This document shows, piece by piece, positions 44,388 to 47,345 of a DNA stretch of 47,345 bases. The stretch is from a virus (Duplodnaviria > Caudoviricetes). The stretch is from IMG/VR virus record IMGVR_UViG_3300023082_000015, positions 1 through 47,345 of that record, one strand, 5' to 3'. Every line of letters starts with the position of its first letter. The first letter of the stretch is position 1. Below the pieces are notes generated by a model. The model was not told the origin of the DNA and searched no databases. It was given only the letters and a program-made list of their open reading frames with translations. A program made the translations under genes and the position numbers.

Positions 44388-47022
44388 GGCAACCCCTATT
44401 GAGACGCACGTTATCGAAACTCGAACCACTATTGCCGAGTTTCTCAACGGCATCATGGCCGGCGGGTACGTTGCCGGAGAGCCCCTTTCGCTTACTGCGT
44501 GGGTCAACGACGAGAAAGTGCCGCTCGACCAGTGGGGGGAATTCATATTCAAGCCGTGCGACAGAGTAAGGCTTCATATTGAGCCCAAGGGCACCGACCC
44601 GTTCAGTATTACGGTCGCCCTGTTTGCGGGTGTCAAAGCAGTATTCGGCATGCTGATGCCAAAGCTGCCGGGTACGCCGAATACTCCGGGCCAGGGCGAC
44701 TCCCTCAACCAAAATAGCGTTCGCGGAAACAAGATTAAGCTAGGGGACCCTGTTCGCGAGATAGCTGGCCGCATGAAAGTCTACCCGGACTACCTGTTGC
44801 CCCCACGCAAGTATTTTCAAAACTACCGGCAACAATGGACTGAGCTGGGTTTGTGTGTGGGCGTGGGGCGGATGGAGATCCTGGCGAGTAACGTGAAGAT
44901 TGGCGATACTGCGATCATTGCCCTGGGTGCCGACGGCACGTACCAGAAATTCGAGCCGGGTCAATCTGTTGCAGGCTACAGTGCCTTCGACTGGTGGCAT
45001 ACAGCAGCGGAGGTAGGCGCGAGTTCCACGGGCGCTGCGGGCCTTGAGCTAACCGCTTCGTCTTCCATTACGTCCGCGCCAAGTGCATCTAGTTTTACCT
45101 TTGGCGGGTACGTGATCAGCATCCCATCGGGTGCCGGAAGTTTTCCGAGCGACTGGTCGCCGGGGCTTATTATTCGCGTGATCGCCCCGTATACCTACAC
45201 TGTCACCGACGGGGGCGGCGCAGCTCGGGACATCATTAGCGGGCCTCTTGGCATGCTCAACCCTTCGCCTGGGGACACTATCGAGGTAACCGGCAATAAC
45301 GCAGGGCGATACATCGTCAACAGCTATAACAGCGGCTCCTTGCAGATGACCCTGAACACGATAGGGGGCTCTCCGGCGAATGCTCTAGTGCTCGGTACCG
45401 GGTCTGCGGCAATAGGCCCCGATGGATTACGTTTTCGCATACTTTCCAAGAGTGACAGCGCTATCACAGTGGAGCGGCTGAACTCGTCGGGTTCGAGTGA
45501 TACCTCGTTCCCCGGATTTGACGCCGGCACGCTCGCAGGAGCTTCGGTTCGGATCGATGACAGTAACTTTGAGAGCGGTTGGCGCGGACCGTTCCCGGGT
45601 TGCCCGGAAGGCGAAGTGACAGACCGATCCGAACTTGATTTCTTTTTCCCGGAAGGCCTATGCGGTGTGGGGAGAGAGGGCCAGGTCTACGAGAGGTACG
45701 TAAAATACGAAGTACAGTGGCGGCCGATGGGCACTTCGTCCTGGAACTCTTTGGTTTTCCAAAAGAATAATTCGACCCTTGACCAGGGCGGCTACACGGA
45801 CTTGATAACGTATGGCGCGTTCATAAGGCCTGAGCTACGCGTGCGTCGGGTGGAGCCCCTGGGCGAGAATTTGGAATATCACGATACCGTCCAGTGGTAC
45901 GCCCTGCGGTCAAAGCTCGTGGCCCCTACCAGCTATGCCGGGACGACAACCCTGGGTGTAAAAGTTCGTTCATCTGACCGGATCTCGGCACAAACTGAAT
46001 CGATGATTTCCGTAGTAGCTACTCGGATTCTGCCCAACTCAGAAGGTGTCGAGCAGCCGACTCGCTCCCTGCGCGACTTTGCTGCGTATATCCCACGTTC
46101 CTTGGGCTACCCCGATTCGCGGGTGAACTTTGACGAGTTGGACAGGCTGGGTGCAATTTGGGACGCTCGCGGAGATCACTTTGATAACTCATACGCGAGC
46201 GAAACTACCGCACAGCAGGCGCTAAACGATGTTTTTGGTGCCGGTTTTGCTGAGCTGACCATTGACCGCGGCCAAATAACTCCGGTGCGGGACGAACCGA
46301 GAACCGTTTTTGAGCGCATGTACTCGCCTCAAAACATGACGGGCCATCTGAGACGCACGCCTAGACTGACTGCAAACCCAGAAGAATTTGACGGCGTGGA
46401 GGTTACTTTCACAAATGCCTTCAACTGGACGGAAGACGTGGTCTCTTGCTTCCTACCGGGGGACGAGGGCAAAAAGATAGAGAAAATAACGGCTGTAGGG
46501 GTGACAGATCGCACCAAGGCCTACCAGATTGGGATGCGCAGGCGCAGAGTGCAACGGTACCGCCCGGATACGTTTAGCTGGGCAACCGAAGGTGACGCCC
46601 TGGTGAGCCGATACCTTAGCTATTGCGCAGTGGCCGACGACGTGTCCGGGTACCCCCAAAGCGCGCTATTACTAGGTTTTCAGCTGCTTGATTCAGGTCA
46701 GGTGCAGCTCACCTCGTCCGAGCCGCTATCCTGGGGCACGGGAGCCCACGGCGTGCTGATTCGGCGCCCGGACGGATCTGTGGCCGGCCGGTACCCCGCT
46801 ACCCGCCTGGACGACTATAGGCTGACGATTCCGATGATCGATTTCGTCCCCGACGTGACTTGGGAAATAGAACCGCCGCATCTGCTTTTCGGCAAACTTG
46901 AGGAGATATGCTACGCAGTATTGCTAACAAGCGTAGCGCCAAACGGAATGAGCAGTGCACAAGTTGAGGCTGTCGGATATGATGAGCGCGTCTACCTTTC
47001 TGACGACGCCGTGGCCCCATGA
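44359..47022 (+). CDS. Central tail tip / host specificity protein (I+J-like)
   Basis: N.IKLGDPVREIAG..VYPD; SVVATRILP; G.ITPVRDEPR; AV.YDERVY..DD. Confidence 0.85.
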   Translation: MIEIYPNRLEATPIETHVIETRTTIAEFLNGIMAGGYVAGEPLSLTAWVNDEKVPLDQWGEFIFKPCDRVRLHIEPKGTDPFSITVALFAGVKAVFGMLMPKLPGTPNTPGQGDSLNQNSVRGNKIKLGDPVREIAGRMKVYPDYLLPPRKYFQNYRQQWTELGLCVGVGRMEILASNVKIGDTAIIALGADGTYQKFEPGQSVAGYSAFDWWHTAAEVGASSTGAAGLELTASSSITSAPSASSFTFGGYVISIPSGAGSFPSDWSPGLIIRVIAPYTYTVTDGGGAARDIISGPLGMLNPSPGDTIEVTGNNAGRYIVNSYNSGSLQMTLNTIGGSPANALVLGTGSAAIGPDGLRFRILSKSDSAITVERLNSSGSSDTSFPGFDAGTLAGASVRIDDSNFESGWRGPFPGCPEGEVTDRSELDFFFPEGLCGVGREGQVYERYVKYEVQWRPMGTSSWNSLVFQKNNSTLDQGGYTDLITYGAFIRPELRVRRVEPLGENLEYHDTVQWYALRSKLVAPTSYAGTTTLGVKVRSSDRISAQTESMISVVATRILPNSEGVEQPTRSLRDFAAYIPRSLGYPDSRVNFDELDRLGAIWDARGDHFDNSYASETTAQQALNDVFGAGFAELTIDRGQITPVRDEPRTVFERMYSPQNMTGHLRRTPRLTANPEEFDGVEVTFTNAFNWTEDVVSCFLPGDEGKKIEKITAVGVTDRTKAYQIGMRRRRVQRYRPDTFSWATEGDALVSRYLSYCAVADDVSGYPQSALLLGFQLLDSGQVQLTSSEPLSWGTGAHGVLIRRPDGSVAGRYPATRLDDYRLTIPMIDFVPDVTWEIEPPHLLFGKLEEICYAVLLTSVAPNGMSSAQVEAVGYDERVYLSDDAVAP

Positions 47023-47338
47023 CTATTTACTACCCTGAAAACCTACCTCGTGGGCTTCACTCGGGGCGAAACTACCAGCTGGTTTCGCCTCTGATGCGCA
47101 CCGAGTTGGCCAGCGGCAGAGCGCGGCAACGCAGACGGTTTACGAGCGTGCCCGAGGGCGCATCCGTTCGCTGGCTTTTCTCTAGCGTCCAGGGTCGGGC
47201 CTTCGAGGCCTGGTGGCGAGATGCTCTGATAGACGGGTCTTCCTGGTTTGAATGCCCGCTCGAAACGCCATTGGGGTACCAGTTATACACTTGCAGATTT
47301 ACTGACGTATATTCGGGGCCGTCTCGGGTGGGACCCGA
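47019..47338 (+). CDS. Lambda gpM-like/distal tail protein, N-terminal part (continues across the junction to nt 265)
   Basis: ATGA overlap with the J-like stop; YP..LP..L..VSPLMRTELASGRARQRRRFTSVP..V.W..FEAWW. Confidence 0.8.
47213..47338. repeat. Terminal overlap, copy 2
   Basis: Identical to nt 1-126; the last 7 nt of the window diverge. Confidence 0.95.
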
Positions 47339-47345
47339 ACTTGGG

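Noticed and set aside
47213-47345. Physical direct terminal repeat
   Set aside because: The 126-bp overlap falls mid-gene, is close to a common assembly k-mer size and ends in 7 discordant bases; it is best read as a circularisation artefact.

Overview
The window looks like one complete, circularly permuted dsDNA tailed-phage genome of about 47,212 bp; nt 1-126 recur at 47213-47338. It is siphovirus-like. A Pseudomonas-type host is inferred from composition and gene types, and no integrase was seen. Modules: SGNH-esterase tailspike and lysis cassette; leftward replication arm (family A DNA polymerase, SSB, Cas4-like exonuclease); rightward early arm (SF2 helicase, VRR-NUC, TetR-like HTH, many small ORFs); an inverted 3-gene fibre cassette; primase-helicase followed by a likely origin; terminase; inverted portal plus MuF-like genes; head and tail genes. 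The main non-annotated signals are: (1) a ~690-nt promoter-to-terminator non-coding unit after terL containing several tRNA-like cloverleaves with greatly extended anticodon arms, ACCA ends and competing long inverted repeats; (2) a second ~200-nt ACCA-ended structured RNA before the prohead protease gene; (3) an 18-bp palindrome GTTGAC-N6-GTCAAC found about 10 times, mostly over -35 boxes, including the ncRNA promoter, solitary orphan genes and a TetR-like gene. All calls come from reading motifs by eye; no database search or folding program was run.
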